Positions 10,634-20,203 are shown, numbered from the stretch's first letter. The stretch is DNA of 40,572 nucleotides from Chryseolinea sp. (GCA_036374515.1 DASUTP010000482.1:1-40572); one strand, 5' to 3'. Notes: generated by a model not told the origin, from the sequence alone. Numbers and translations: made by a program.

Positions 10634-10906
10634 ATGATTAAATATACGATACCCTTTCTGACCAAATTGGAGGAGATGATTGCCGAGTCTGACTATACAC
10701 TTCGGTACGAAAAGGGAAATTTTAAGTCAGGATACTGTGTTTTAAAAGATCAAAAGATCATCATCGTAAATAAGTTTTATACGACTGAAGGTAAGATCAA
10801 TGCGTTGATGGAAATTCTGAAGGGAATTGTGCTCGATGGTTCCCGTTTTACAGAGAAAAGTCAGAAACTTTACGAAGAACTTATTCAACAATTTCAAGCG
10901 GCTTAA
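10634..10906 (+). CDS. Small hypothetical protein (90 aa)
   Basis: MIKYTIPFLTKLEE...LRYEKGNFKSGYCVLKDQKIIIVNKF looks like a real protein. ATG at 10634 follows a TATCTTTC box; the gene is divergent from miaA. Confidence 0.75.
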   Translation: MIKYTIPFLTKLEEMIAESDYTLRYEKGNFKSGYCVLKDQKIIIVNKFYTTEGKINALMEILKGIVLDGSRFTEKSQKLYEELIQQFQAA

Positions 10907-10987
10907 AATGCCTTTTTCAGTTTTAGCCTCACCCTACCTTTCTGATTGTGGATTGTCCTGGAGCGCTTGTTTAAAAATCAAGACGGC

Positions 10988-11749
10988 ATGAAGGTTACAT
11001 TTCTTGGAAGCGGTACATCACAGGGCGTTCCGGTGATCGGCTGTATCTGTGAAGTTTGTACTTCCCTTGACTTTCGTGACAAACGTCTCCGCTCCTCGAT
11101 TCACGTGGAAATCCGGGAGCAAAGTTTTGTGGTAGACACCGGTCCGGACTTCCGGCAACAAATGCTGCGCGAACGGGTAAAACGCATCGACGCCATTTTA
11201 TTTACGCACGCGCATCGCGATCACACGGCAGGTCTTGACGATGTGAGGGCATATAATTTTATGCAAAAGATGGACATGCCCGTATACGGCACGCAACCTG
11301 TATTGGACCAGCTTAAAATTGAATATGCCTATGCTTTCGTAAAGGACAGTTACCCAGGCATCCCGCGATTATTATTTCACCTCATCGACGACAGTTCCTT
11401 TAGGGTTAACGGAATAGAGGTACTTCCCCTACCGGTAATGCATCTAAACATGCCGGTATACGGTTTTCGTTTTCAAAACTTCAGTTATATCACCGACGCA
11501 AATTTTATCCCTGACGCAACAGTTGAGAAATTAAAGGGAACTGAAATACTTGTTTTAAACGCGCTACAGCGCGAGCCCCACATTTCTCATTTTAACTTGC
11601 AGGAGGCGCTGCTTATGGTCGACAGGATCAAACCGAAAAAAACCTATTTGACACATATCAGTCATAAGTTGGGCACGCATGCAGATGTATCCAGGGAACT
11701 CCCGGAAAGCGTGGAACTGGCTTATGACGGACTGCAACTAGAGTTATAG
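10988..11749 (+). CDS. MBL-fold metallohydrolase (PhnP-like)
   Basis: FLGSGTSQGVPVIGCICEVC, VDTGPD, THAHRDH (HxHxDH), YITD and THISH motifs. Confidence 0.9.
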   Translation: MKVTFLGSGTSQGVPVIGCICEVCTSLDFRDKRLRSSIHVEIREQSFVVDTGPDFRQQMLRERVKRIDAILFTHAHRDHTAGLDDVRAYNFMQKMDMPVYGTQPVLDQLKIEYAYAFVKDSYPGIPRLLFHLIDDSSFRVNGIEVLPLPVMHLNMPVYGFRFQNFSYITDANFIPDATVEKLKGTEILVLNALQREPHISHFNLQEALLMVDRIKPKKTYLTHISHKLGTHADVSRELPESVELAYDGLQLEL

Positions 11750-11803
11750 TGGTGAACTCTATGGCCCGCCCGCCGGAATTAAGACTGAAACGAGACAACG
11801 CTA

Positions 11804-13372
11804 ATGCACAACAACTACTACTTTCTCCGTCAGCTCACACCCGTGCTGGAAAATGCGATTAGATCGTCCGTTGTATCCGAATGTTTCAGTCAAAATAAAG
11901 ATGAGCTGGTCATTCGATTTGAGCGATTGAATTCGCCATTTTTTATAAAAGCCAGTTTGTCGCCTGCATTTTCATGCCTATCAGTCCCTGAAAACTTTCA
12001 ACGTGCAAGAAAAAATAGCATCGACCTTTTTGAAAAACTCATCGGACAACGTGTCGAGACCATACGTCAATTCGATAACGAGAGAAGCTTTGCCGTTAAT
12101 TTTGGCAACGATGTTTCACTGCTTTTTAAAATGCATGGCAACCGGTCGAATCTGATTCTCTTTCAGGACGATTCGGTTATCGAAATCTTCAAAAACAGTA
12201 TTCAGGAAGATGTCTCGTTGAATCTAAAGACGCTCGACCGGTCCATCGACTGGAGTTACGATACTTTTGTTAAGCATCGTGATGACCCCGAAACCATCTA
12301 CTTTACTTTCGGCAAGGTTGTGTGGAGGTATTTGAAGGAGCAGAAGTTTTCCATCTTGTCCCCCGAAGTACAATGGCAGCAGATTCAGGACATTCGCCGG
12401 CAGCTGGGTGAACCGACTTACTCCATTCGAACTTATGGTGGGAAAATACTCTTTTCATTGCTGGATTTTGGTGAACTGATAAAGAAGTTTGATGATCCGG
12501 CTCAAGGTATCCACGAATTCTTCCTCTACTTCACCCAACAAGATTCTTTTTCCAAGGAAAAGGCCTCGTTAACATCATTTTTGAAATCCAAGCTTCACGC
12601 CACTCAAAATTATAGCGATAAAATTCGGACCAAGCTACGGGACCTTCAAGACGACAACAATTATAAAATTTGGGCCGATCTGTTAATGGCAAATTTGCAT
12701 GCAATTCCTGCTGGCGCGGACCGTGTCACATTGCCCGATTTTTATCATGACAATCATTTAACGCTTATAAAACTCAACCGGGAATTAAGTCCGCAAAAAA
12801 ACGCAGCGAATTTTTATAAGAAAGCAAAAAACCAACACATTGAGATCCGCCATCTTGAAAAGACCCTGTTAAATAAGGAGCAGGAGCGAATAAATCTTGA
12901 AGATCAACTTCAGGAAGTCGAAGCGACTGACAACCTGAAAAGTTTGAGAAAGGTTCTTGGCAGTCTTGAAATCAGGCCTGAAAAAGAAAAACAGGCAGAA
13001 GCGGTACCTTATAAGGAGTTTGAATTTAATGGTTACAGAATCTGGGTTGGGAAAAATGCACAAAGCAACGATACGCTTACGCTGAAATACGGTTACAAGG
13101 ACGACCTTTGGCTACACGCCAAAGATGTTGCGGGCTCGCATGTATTAATTAAACATCAAGCCGGCAAGAATTTCCCTAGGGACGTCGTTGAGCGGGCTGC
13201 TCAACTTGCGGCCTATTACTCCAAACGGAAAAATGAAACCTTATGTCCCGTGGCAGTGACGCCGCGGAAATACGTGCGCAAAAGAAAGGGCGATCCGCCG
13301 GGGCTGGTCGTGGTGGAGCGCGAAGAGGTGATGATGGTGGTGCCTTCTTTGGGGGGCTTGGGTAATCAGTAA
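11804..13372 (+). CDS. NFACT family protein (RqcH/Rqc2/FbpA-like ribosome quality-control factor)
   Basis: NFACT-N-like start, coiled coils, LSPQKNAANFYKKAK, and an NFACT-R domain (IWVGKNAQSNDTLT, DLWLHAKDVAGSHV, AAQLAAYYSK). Confidence 0.88.
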   Translation: MHNNYYFLRQLTPVLENAIRSSVVSECFSQNKDELVIRFERLNSPFFIKASLSPAFSCLSVPENFQRARKNSIDLFEKLIGQRVETIRQFDNERSFAVNFGNDVSLLFKMHGNRSNLILFQDDSVIEIFKNSIQEDVSLNLKTLDRSIDWSYDTFVKHRDDPETIYFTFGKVVWRYLKEQKFSILSPEVQWQQIQDIRRQLGEPTYSIRTYGGKILFSLLDFGELIKKFDDPAQGIHEFFLYFTQQDSFSKEKASLTSFLKSKLHATQNYSDKIRTKLRDLQDDNNYKIWADLLMANLHAIPAGADRVTLPDFYHDNHLTLIKLNRELSPQKNAANFYKKAKNQHIEIRHLEKTLLNKEQERINLEDQLQEVEATDNLKSLRKVLGSLEIRPEKEKQAEAVPYKEFEFNGYRIWVGKNAQSNDTLTLKYGYKDDLWLHAKDVAGSHVLIKHQAGKNFPRDVVERAAQLAAYYSKRKNETLCPVAVTPRKYVRKRKGDPPGLVVVEREEVMMVVPSLGGLGNQ

Positions 13373-13829
13373 TCGGTAGTCGGTAATCGGTGCCGGTAGG
13401 AAAGTTTGCTAGGTCTTCACTGCGATCAACGATCATCTGCAGGCTTCTAGAGCAAACACGATTATCAGTATGCAAAGCCGAACTACCGGACACTGATTAC
13501 CTGATAACTGATTACCGATTACTCTCCCGCATTCCCGGTGATCGGTGATCGGTGCCGGTAGAAAGGTTTGCCTGGTCGCGACTGGCGTATAAACGATTAT
13601 CTGATCAGATTTCAGAGCAAGCGCGATGGTCAGTGTTCAAACCCGTGCTACCGGACACTGATTACCTGATAACTGATTACCGATTCTTTTCCCATGTGCG
13701 GTAGGAAAGTTTGGAAGGTCTCCACTAGCCTATCTACGGTCATCGCAGAACTTCTAGAGCGGGCGCGACAATCAGCATGCAAAGCTGCGCTACCGGATAC
13801 CGATTACCTGATCACTGATTACTAATTAC
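13361..13829. repeat. Tandem array of three degenerate palindromic units (REP/MITE-like)
   Basis: Units at ~13361-13523, 13537-13685 and 13696-13829. Left arms are (G/A)GTAATC-type heptamers ending in GTGCCGGTAG; right arms start CTACCGG followed by GATTAC-type repeats. The 38-nt right arm is identical in units 1 and 2 (13483-13520, 13648-13685) and 33/38 identical in unit 3 (13790-13827). The cores are mutually homologous. Confidence 0.9.
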
Positions 13830-15256
13830 TTTACCACATTAATCTTCAAGGTATTCGTCCTGGCCTTCTCGTGAATCGGCATACTGGCGAGAATAATGAT
13901 GATATCGCCTGTTTTCACATGGCCGTCGCGTTTTAAAGTGGCTTCAACATCGGATATGGTTTCGTCCGTCGAGTTTGTTTTGTCGTAGTAGTAGCCTTGT
14001 GATCCCCAGACGAGATTGATTTTATTAAGGAGCGCCGCGTTTGGCGTAAACACAAAAATATTCGCATTGGGCCTATACGCAGACGATTGGAATGCCGTAT
14101 AGCCCGACTGTGTCATGCCCACGATAGCCTTTGCACCAACATCTTTTGCCAGTTTACAAGCTGCCAGCACAAAATTATCATGGATGTATTTAGGTGAGTT
14201 CTTGTCAACGTTCCGGAAATGATAATAGATCTTTGGATTTTTTTCCACCGAGGCTACGGTCCGCACCATGCTTCGAATTACCTCCAATGGATATTTGCCA
14301 GAAGCCGTCTCGGCGGATAACATCAGTGCATCGGCGCCATCCATCACGGCATTTGCCACATCGTTGGTTTCTGCCCGGGTTGGACGCGGATTTTCGATCA
14401 TGCTTTCCATCATTTGAGTGGCCACGATCACCGGCTTGCCTGCTTTATTGCATTTTTCCACCAGCATCTTTTGAACCATGGGAACCTCTTCCATCCATAT
14501 TTCCACGCCCAGGTCACCACGTGCAACCATTACACCATCGGTCTCTGCGATGATCTCGTCAATATTGCTAAGTGCTTCAGGTTTTTCAATCTTCGCGACA
14601 ATACGGGCGGCAGACTTATGAGAGTCGATTATTGCCCGCATTGATTGAATGTCGAATGCTTTTCTTACAAAAGATAAGGCAATCCAGTCGACATCGTTTT
14701 GAAGGCCGAATTCCAGATCTTTCAGATCCTTTTCAGTAAGTGAAGGAGCCGATACTTTCGTAAATGGCAAGTTTATTCCTTTTCGCGACTTAAGTAATCC
14801 GCCGTACACCACTTCCGTGAGCACATCGTCAGTTCGGACCTCTTTTACCTTCAATTCAATTTTCCCATCATCAATGAGGATCATGTCGCCTAGCTTGCAA
14901 TCTTTAGGCAGGTTCTTGTACGAGGTGCTAACCAATTTACTATTTCCCAAAACCTCTTTGGTGGTAATGACCAAATCTTGTCCGCGCTCAATGGTTACGT
15001 TAGGTTCCATTTCGTTTACCCGGATCTTAGGTCCTTGCAAATCCTGAAGCAAGCATATCTTTGTTCCCAATTCCTTGTTCAGTTCCTTGACGTGGTGTAT
15101 TACTTTGAGGTGATCTTCGTGCGTGCCGTGAGAGAAGTTTAACCGAAATACATCGACTCCTTCTTTGATCAACGCCCGCAGCATGTCTTTCGAGTTTGAA
15201 GATGGGCCGACAGTGGCAACAATTTTAGTCTTGTTGAACGATACTTTTTCTAACAT
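13826..15256 (-). CDS. pyk: Pyruvate kinase
   Basis: TKIVATVGP, RLNFSHG, DLQGPKIR, AKIEKPEA, MVARGDLGVE and ATQMMESM motifs. Confidence 0.97.
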   Translation of the reverse strand: MLEKVSFNKTKIVATVGPSSNSKDMLRALIKEGVDVFRLNFSHGTHEDHLKVIHHVKELNKELGTKICLLQDLQGPKIRVNEMEPNVTIERGQDLVITTKEVLGNSKLVSTSYKNLPKDCKLGDMILIDDGKIELKVKEVRTDDVLTEVVYGGLLKSRKGINLPFTKVSAPSLTEKDLKDLEFGLQNDVDWIALSFVRKAFDIQSMRAIIDSHKSAARIVAKIEKPEALSNIDEIIAETDGVMVARGDLGVEIWMEEVPMVQKMLVEKCNKAGKPVIVATQMMESMIENPRPTRAETNDVANAVMDGADALMLSAETASGKYPLEVIRSMVRTVASVEKNPKIYYHFRNVDKNSPKYIHDNFVLAACKLAKDVGAKAIVGMTQSGYTAFQSSAYRPNANIFVFTPNAALLNKINLVWGSQGYYYDKTNSTDETISDVEATLKRDGHVKTGDIIIILASMPIHEKARTNTLKINVVK

Positions 15257-15311
15257 AAAGGTTTAAGGTAATACGTAATTATGAATGTGCAGAAAGGTAC
15301 AGGCATGGTCA

Positions 15312-15734
15312 TCAAAAAATAAAGTTGGACTTTGACTTTAGACCTTCCAGTGGAATAGATGCAACGAACTGTATGGCCGAAATCGATCTGATCCTGCGAA
15401 TCAAATGCTGATGTGCGTTCTGCTCTTCCATAGCGGCCAAAATTATAAAATCATAGTGAGGAAACTCAGGGATTAGAAAATACTTTCCGTTTTCTTGTTC
15501 GCCTGGCTTGTTTTTAAATAGTTTCAATCGATTGAGCTGTGTTTCGTGTGCATAAAAGGAAAAGCTCTTTTCTTCATTATTTTTAAAACCTACCACTAAA
15601 TCTTGTTGTTTAACCAGCTGAATACCCAAGGTCTGGTTAATTTCCCAGGCCAGTTTATAGCCGCGAGCCGATGAAAGGATACCCAGTAGCTCAAAATCGA
15701 AATCATAATCTATGATTAGTTTATTTTTTTTCAT
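15312..15734 (-). CDS. IPExxxVDY family protein
   Basis: [11 protein letters not shown] motif and YKLAWEIN; sits in the usual position between pyk and acpP in Bacteroidota. Confidence 0.8.
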   Translation of the reverse strand: MKKNKLIIDYDFDFELLGILSSARGYKLAWEINQTLGIQLVKQQDLVVGFKNNEEKSFSFYAHETQLNRLKLFKNKPGEQENGKYFLIPEFPHYDFIILAAMEEQNAHQHLIRRIRSISAIQFVASIPLEGLKSKSNFIF

Positions 15735-15786
15735 TTACAGGGGCCTGTCCGTGGGTCTTTCGCGCGTTTGGGCAAGATCAAAAAAG

Positions 15787-15818
15787 TTTGACAATATTGT
15801 CGCAAATCTCTTTATTTG
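15787..15818 (+). promoter_or_regulatory. Putative Bacteroidota housekeeping promoter (-33/-7) of acpP
   Basis: TTTG (15787-15790), 20-nt spacer, then TTTATTTG (15811-15818), one mismatch from TAnnTTTG. Confidence 0.55.
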
Positions 15819-15850
15819 CACAGATTTTTAAATCATTAAACCGAAAAAAC

Positions 15851-16090
15851 ATGTCTGAAATTGCAACAAAAGTAAAACAGATCATCATCGAGAAACTTGG
15901 TGTTGAAGAATCTGAAGTTACTCCCGAAGCGAGCTTCACCAACGACCTTGGTGCGGACTCTCTCGACACCGTAGAACTTATTATGGAGTTCGAAAAGGAA
16001 TTCAATATCTCGATTCCTGACGATCAGGCTGAAAATATTTCAACAGTAGGCCAGGCAATTTCATACCTGGAGCAAAACGTGAAGAAATAG
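15851..16090 (+). CDS. acpP: Acyl carrier protein
   Basis: [20 protein letters not shown] phosphopantetheine motif; ATG at 15851. Confidence 0.97.
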   Translation: MSEIATKVKQIIIEKLGVEESEVTPEASFTNDLGADSLDTVELIMEFEKEFNISIPDDQAENISTVGQAISYLEQNVKK

Positions 16091-16127
16091 TTGACTCCTT
16101 TCGCATTTTTATCACACCCCATTCAAC

Positions 16128-17381
16128 ATGACATTAAAACGAGTAGTCGTTACAGGACTTGGTGCACTCACTCCCATCGGAAACACGCTTCCAGAATATT
16201 GGAATAACCTGAAAACTGGTACTAGCGGAGCTGCGCCCATTACACGTTTTGATGCCACACTTTACAAAACCAAGTTCGCCTGCGAAGTAAAAAACTTTGA
16301 TATCGGCAACTTCATGGACCGCAAGGAAGCGCGTAAAATGGATCCATTTGCGCAGTTTGCCATGGTTGCCGTAGATGAAGCCATCAAGGATTCAAACCTC
16401 CCGTTAACTGAACTTAATCCTGACCGCGTAGGTGTAATCTGGGGATCAGGTATCGGGGGGTTATTGACATTTCAAGAAGAAGTTAAGACCTACGCCAAGG
16501 GAGATGGCACCCCAAGATTCAATCCATTCTTTATTCCCAAAATGATTCCTGACCTCAGTGCAGGGCATATTTCCATTAAATATGGCTTCCGGGGTCCGAA
16601 CTTTGTAACAGTTTCTGCCTGCGCATCTTCAACCAATGCCATTTACGACGCATTTACCTTCTTACGGCTGGGCAAGGCTGACATTATTATTTCCGGAGGC
16701 TCGGAAGCCGCCGTCTGCGAGGCTGGTGTTGGTGGTTTCAACGCTATGAGAGCCCTTTCTGAACGAAATGACGCACCTGAAACTGCATCGCGCCCGTATG
16801 ACAAAGATCGCGATGGCTTTGTGTTGGGAGAGGGAGCTGGTGCCCTAGTGTTGGAAGAATATGAGCACGCAAAACGACGCGGGGCCAAAATCTACGGCGA
16901 GGTATTGGGAGGAGGAATGACAGCTGATGCTTATCATATTACTGCGCCACACCCTGAAGGTGCCGGGATCACGCGAGTAATGTACAATGCCTTAGAAGAA
17001 GCGGGAGTAAAACCTGAAAATGTCGATTACATTAACACCCACGGAACGTCTACACCTCTCGGAGATATAGGAGAAATCAGGGCAATTCAAAAAGTATTTG
17101 GAGAACACGCGTACAAACTGAACATAAGCTCTACGAAATCCATGACAGGTCACTTGCTGGGTGCTGCGGGAGCAGTCGAAAGCATTGCCTGCCTTATGGC
17201 CATCAATCAATCAATCATACCGCCTACTATCAACCATTTTACGGACGATCCCGGCCTGGATCCAAAGCTCAACCTTACTTTTAACGAAGCGCAAAAACGG
17301 AACGTCGATGTCGCATTGAGCAATACCTTCGGCTTTGGGGGACATAATTTCTCCATCATCTTCAAGAAGCTTAAGGCGTAA
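16128..17381 (+). CDS. fabF: Beta-ketoacyl-ACP synthase II
   Basis: RVVVTGLG, SACASS (Cys), THGTST, KSMTGHLLGAAG and SNTFGFGGHN motifs. Confidence 0.97.
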   Translation: MTLKRVVVTGLGALTPIGNTLPEYWNNLKTGTSGAAPITRFDATLYKTKFACEVKNFDIGNFMDRKEARKMDPFAQFAMVAVDEAIKDSNLPLTELNPDRVGVIWGSGIGGLLTFQEEVKTYAKGDGTPRFNPFFIPKMIPDLSAGHISIKYGFRGPNFVTVSACASSTNAIYDAFTFLRLGKADIIISGGSEAAVCEAGVGGFNAMRALSERNDAPETASRPYDKDRDGFVLGEGAGALVLEEYEHAKRRGAKIYGEVLGGGMTADAYHITAPHPEGAGITRVMYNALEEAGVKPENVDYINTHGTSTPLGDIGEIRAIQKVFGEHAYKLNISSTKSMTGHLLGAAGAVESIACLMAINQSIIPPTINHFTDDPGLDPKLNLTFNEAQKRNVDVALSNTFGFGGHNFSIIFKKLKA

Positions 17382-17451
17382 TGGCAAAACCCTATTCGAT
17401 TAAAATAGGGAGAATTGTTAAATTAGCGCTGTACTTTCAATGATTTGACGC

Positions 17452-18192
17452 TTGGTTTGGAAGATTCTTAAAATCCCGAAAGGAAAGTCGAAGACAGATA
17501 AGCAGCTTTTATCCGCTATCCACAACATTGCAGGGTTTACGCCTTCTAACCTTGAGCTTTATCGCCTCGCTACAGTTCACAGTTCAATTGCCAAGGAACA
17601 TGTATCTTCGGGTTTCAAAGAATCGAATGAACGATTAGAATACCTGGGTGACGCCATTCTGGGCGCCGCTGTGGCTGATTATCTTTTTAAAAAATTCCCG
17701 TTTAAATCCGAAGGGTTTCTAACAGAGATCCGATCACGGATTGTCAACCGCGAAGCTTTGAACCTGCTTGCCCGTAAAATCGGGGTGGCGAATATCGTTC
17801 AATACGACCAAAAGAATTCACACCTTCAGCAAGTCATTCTTGGGAATACGCTTGAGGCAATCGTGGGCGCCATTTATCTTGACAAAGGATACCTAAGAAC
17901 GAAAAAATTTGTTATTGACAAGCTGATCATCCCCAATTATGATGTTGAGGACCTGGTAAATTCAAATTCCAACTTCAAAAGCAAGATCATCGAATGGGCC
18001 CAGCGGGAGGGCAAGGAGGTCCGGTTCGAAATCTTGAATGTAAAGAAAGGTCGCAATCATAAAGAGTTTACAGCTCAAGTTCTCGTAAATAAAGAAGCCA
18101 AGGGGACCGGCTACGGCAACAGCAAGAAAAAAGCCGAACAAGACGCAGCGTTTAAGACCTGCGAAATGTTGGATATATTGGATGCCAGTTAA
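17452..18192 (+). CDS. rnc: Ribonuclease III
   Basis: NERLEYLGDAILG signature, EAIVGAIYLD, and a C-terminal dsRBD (NFKS...GYGNSKKKAEQDAA); TTG start is approximate. Confidence 0.95.
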   Translation: MVWKILKIPKGKSKTDKQLLSAIHNIAGFTPSNLELYRLATVHSSIAKEHVSSGFKESNERLEYLGDAILGAAVADYLFKKFPFKSEGFLTEIRSRIVNREALNLLARKIGVANIVQYDQKNSHLQQVILGNTLEAIVGAIYLDKGYLRTKKFVIDKLIIPNYDVEDLVNSNSNFKSKIIEWAQREGKEVRFEILNVKKGRNHKEFTAQVLVNKEAKGTGYGNSKKKAEQDAAFKTCEMLDILDAS

Positions 18193-18293
18193 GCTGACAG
18201 CTCACAGCAAACAGTTTACAGCCTGAGCATTATCAAGGATTTACTGAAATACAACTGCAATAGCTATCCGCTGTATGCTGGTAGCAGAAAGCT
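18192..18293. repeat. Degenerate 7-nt periodic inverted repeat (heptamer hairpin)
   Basis: Left arm AGCTGAC AGCTCAC AGCAAAC AGTTTAC AGC (18192-18222); right arm GCTATCC GCTGTAT GCTGGTA GCAGAAA GCT (18263-18293). Confidence 0.6.
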
Positions 18294-18302
18294 TTAAAAT
18301 AA

Positions 18303-20141
18303 ATGAAACTCAAAATAGGTGGAGCCGCTGTCAACCAGATTCCTTTCGATTGGAGAAACAATTCCCAAAATATTATTCAGGCAATACAGGAAGCGAAAAA
18401 TCAAGGCATAAAGATTCTTTGTCTGCCGGAATTATGCATAACAGGTTACGGATGTGAGGACCTCTTCTTAAGCGACTGGCTACATGAACGAGCCTGGACG
18501 GAGCTCACCCATATACAGGATTTTTGCGACAACATAACCGTGAACGTCGGGCTCCCTATCCGCATTGGCGAACTCACCTACAACGGAGCTTGCGTTATCA
18601 GCAACAAAAAAATTCTGGGCATCACCCTGAAGCAATTTCTCGCCAGGGACGGCGTCCACTATGAGCCCCGTTGGTTTGATCCGTGGCCCCCTAATAAGAC
18701 GACGATGATCATTCGCGGCAAAGAGCTTATTGAAACCGGAGACATCATTTATGAAGTTGAAGGCCTAAGGTTTGGGTTTGAAATCTGTGAGGATGGATGG
18801 AGAGATGAGGACCGGCCCGGTTACCGGCTGTTCGAACGCGGGATCGATCTGATCCTCAATCCGAGCGCAAGCCACTTTGCAATGGTAAAAAGTCTGCTCC
18901 GCGAAAAGGAAGTGGTCAGCGCCGGATCATCCTTGTTTAACTGTGTCTATGTCTTTGCCAACCTGCTGGGCAACGAAGCCGGCAGGATGATTTACGATGG
19001 CGACATTATTATCGGTCAGCGAGGGAAGCTGGTGGCCGTCAACAAAAGATTTTCTTTCAAGCCCTTTAATGTTTTGGGTACCGAGATTGATTTTAAACAT
19101 CCGGATAAAACCAAGGTCGTGGCATTGACCGACAACAAGGAAAAAAATGAGGAATTGGCGCAAGCGCTCTCATTGGGCTTATTCGATTATATGCGCAAGA
19201 GCAAAACAAATGGTTTTGTTCTCTCGTTGAGCGGCGGCGCTGACTCCTCGATCTGTGCGATCGCCGTAGCCGAAATGATCAAGCGCGCATGGAATGAATT
19301 GGGCGCCTCGCAATTCTGCAGCATCGTTGGACTTACAAATATAGCCACCTGGCGCGATGCCGTAAATAAGCTTCTCAGCTGTGCCTATCAGGGTACAGAA
19401 AATTCGTCCGAGAAAACCTTTAATGCCGCTAAGTCCTTAGCCGAAGCAATCGGAGCAGAATTTCATCACTGGAAAATTGACGATGAGGTATCTTCTTATA
19501 CATCGAAAATTGAAAAGGCCTTAGGTCGAAAATTCAAGTGGGAGACGGATGACATCACATTGCAAAATATTCAGGCCCGAACGCGTTCTCCTATAATTTG
19601 GATGCTGGCGAACGCAAAACGTGCCATACTGCTAACAACGTCAAATCGAAGCGAAGGTGATTTAGGCTACGCCACAATGGATGGTGATACGAGCGGAAGT
19701 TTCGCGCCCATTGCCGGCTTAAGCAAAACTTTTATCATCCAGTGGCTGCGTTGGGCTGAGAAGGCATTAGACCAACCCGGACTCGCACTCGTCAACAACC
19801 TGCAGCCTACGGCCGAACTGCGTCCGTTGGAAAGCCAACAAACGGATGAGCAGGACTTAATGCCCTATCCCATTCTTGTGGAAATTGAAAGGCACGCTAT
19901 CTTATACCGCAAGTCACCAAAAGACGTTTATATTGCTATGAAAGGCAATCATGATAGCAGCGCCTTAAAAGGCTATGTCAGGAAATTTTTCAGATTATGG
20001 GCAGCCAACCAATGGAAACGCGAACGTCTAGCGCCTTCGCTGCATTTGGATGACCTCAATGTAGACCCTAGAAGCTGGTGCCGGTTTCCCATTCTTTCCT
20101 CAGGTTTCCTGGAGGAGCTTGACACGTTAGATCAGGTCTAG
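18303..20141 (+). CDS. nadE: Glutamine-dependent NAD+ synthetase
   Basis: Nitrilase-like domain (LPELC, K, EICED) plus synthetase motifs LSLSGGADS, QNIQARTR, TSNRSE and GYATMDGD. Confidence 0.95.
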   Translation: MKLKIGGAAVNQIPFDWRNNSQNIIQAIQEAKNQGIKILCLPELCITGYGCEDLFLSDWLHERAWTELTHIQDFCDNITVNVGLPIRIGELTYNGACVISNKKILGITLKQFLARDGVHYEPRWFDPWPPNKTTMIIRGKELIETGDIIYEVEGLRFGFEICEDGWRDEDRPGYRLFERGIDLILNPSASHFAMVKSLLREKEVVSAGSSLFNCVYVFANLLGNEAGRMIYDGDIIIGQRGKLVAVNKRFSFKPFNVLGTEIDFKHPDKTKVVALTDNKEKNEELAQALSLGLFDYMRKSKTNGFVLSLSGGADSSICAIAVAEMIKRAWNELGASQFCSIVGLTNIATWRDAVNKLLSCAYQGTENSSEKTFNAAKSLAEAIGAEFHHWKIDDEVSSYTSKIEKALGRKFKWETDDITLQNIQARTRSPIIWMLANAKRAILLTTSNRSEGDLGYATMDGDTSGSFAPIAGLSKTFIIQWLRWAEKALDQPGLALVNNLQPTAELRPLESQQTDEQDLMPYPILVEIERHAILYRKSPKDVYIAMKGNHDSSALKGYVRKFFRLWAANQWKRERLAPSLHLDDLNVDPRSWCRFPILSSGFLEELDTLDQV

Positions 20142-20203
20142 CGTAAAAAATATACTAAAAAGCCCAAAAATCGACATTATAGCCTCGGTATCATTTTACG
20201 GAT

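Noticed and set aside
13176-13493. 105-aa minus-strand ORF, or peptide coding by the repeat units
   Set aside because: It overlaps the RqcH gene antisense. The equivalent frame hits a stop in unit 2 and shifts in unit 3, so the units are not conserved as coding sequence.
13390-13800. Hammerhead or other known ribozyme in the repeat cores
   Set aside because: I found no CUGAUGA...GAAA core conserved across the three units on either strand.
13483-13827. CRISPR array (three ~38-nt direct repeats)
   Set aside because: The intervening segments are 127 and 104 nt, too long for spacers, and are homologous to one another. No cas genes are in the window.
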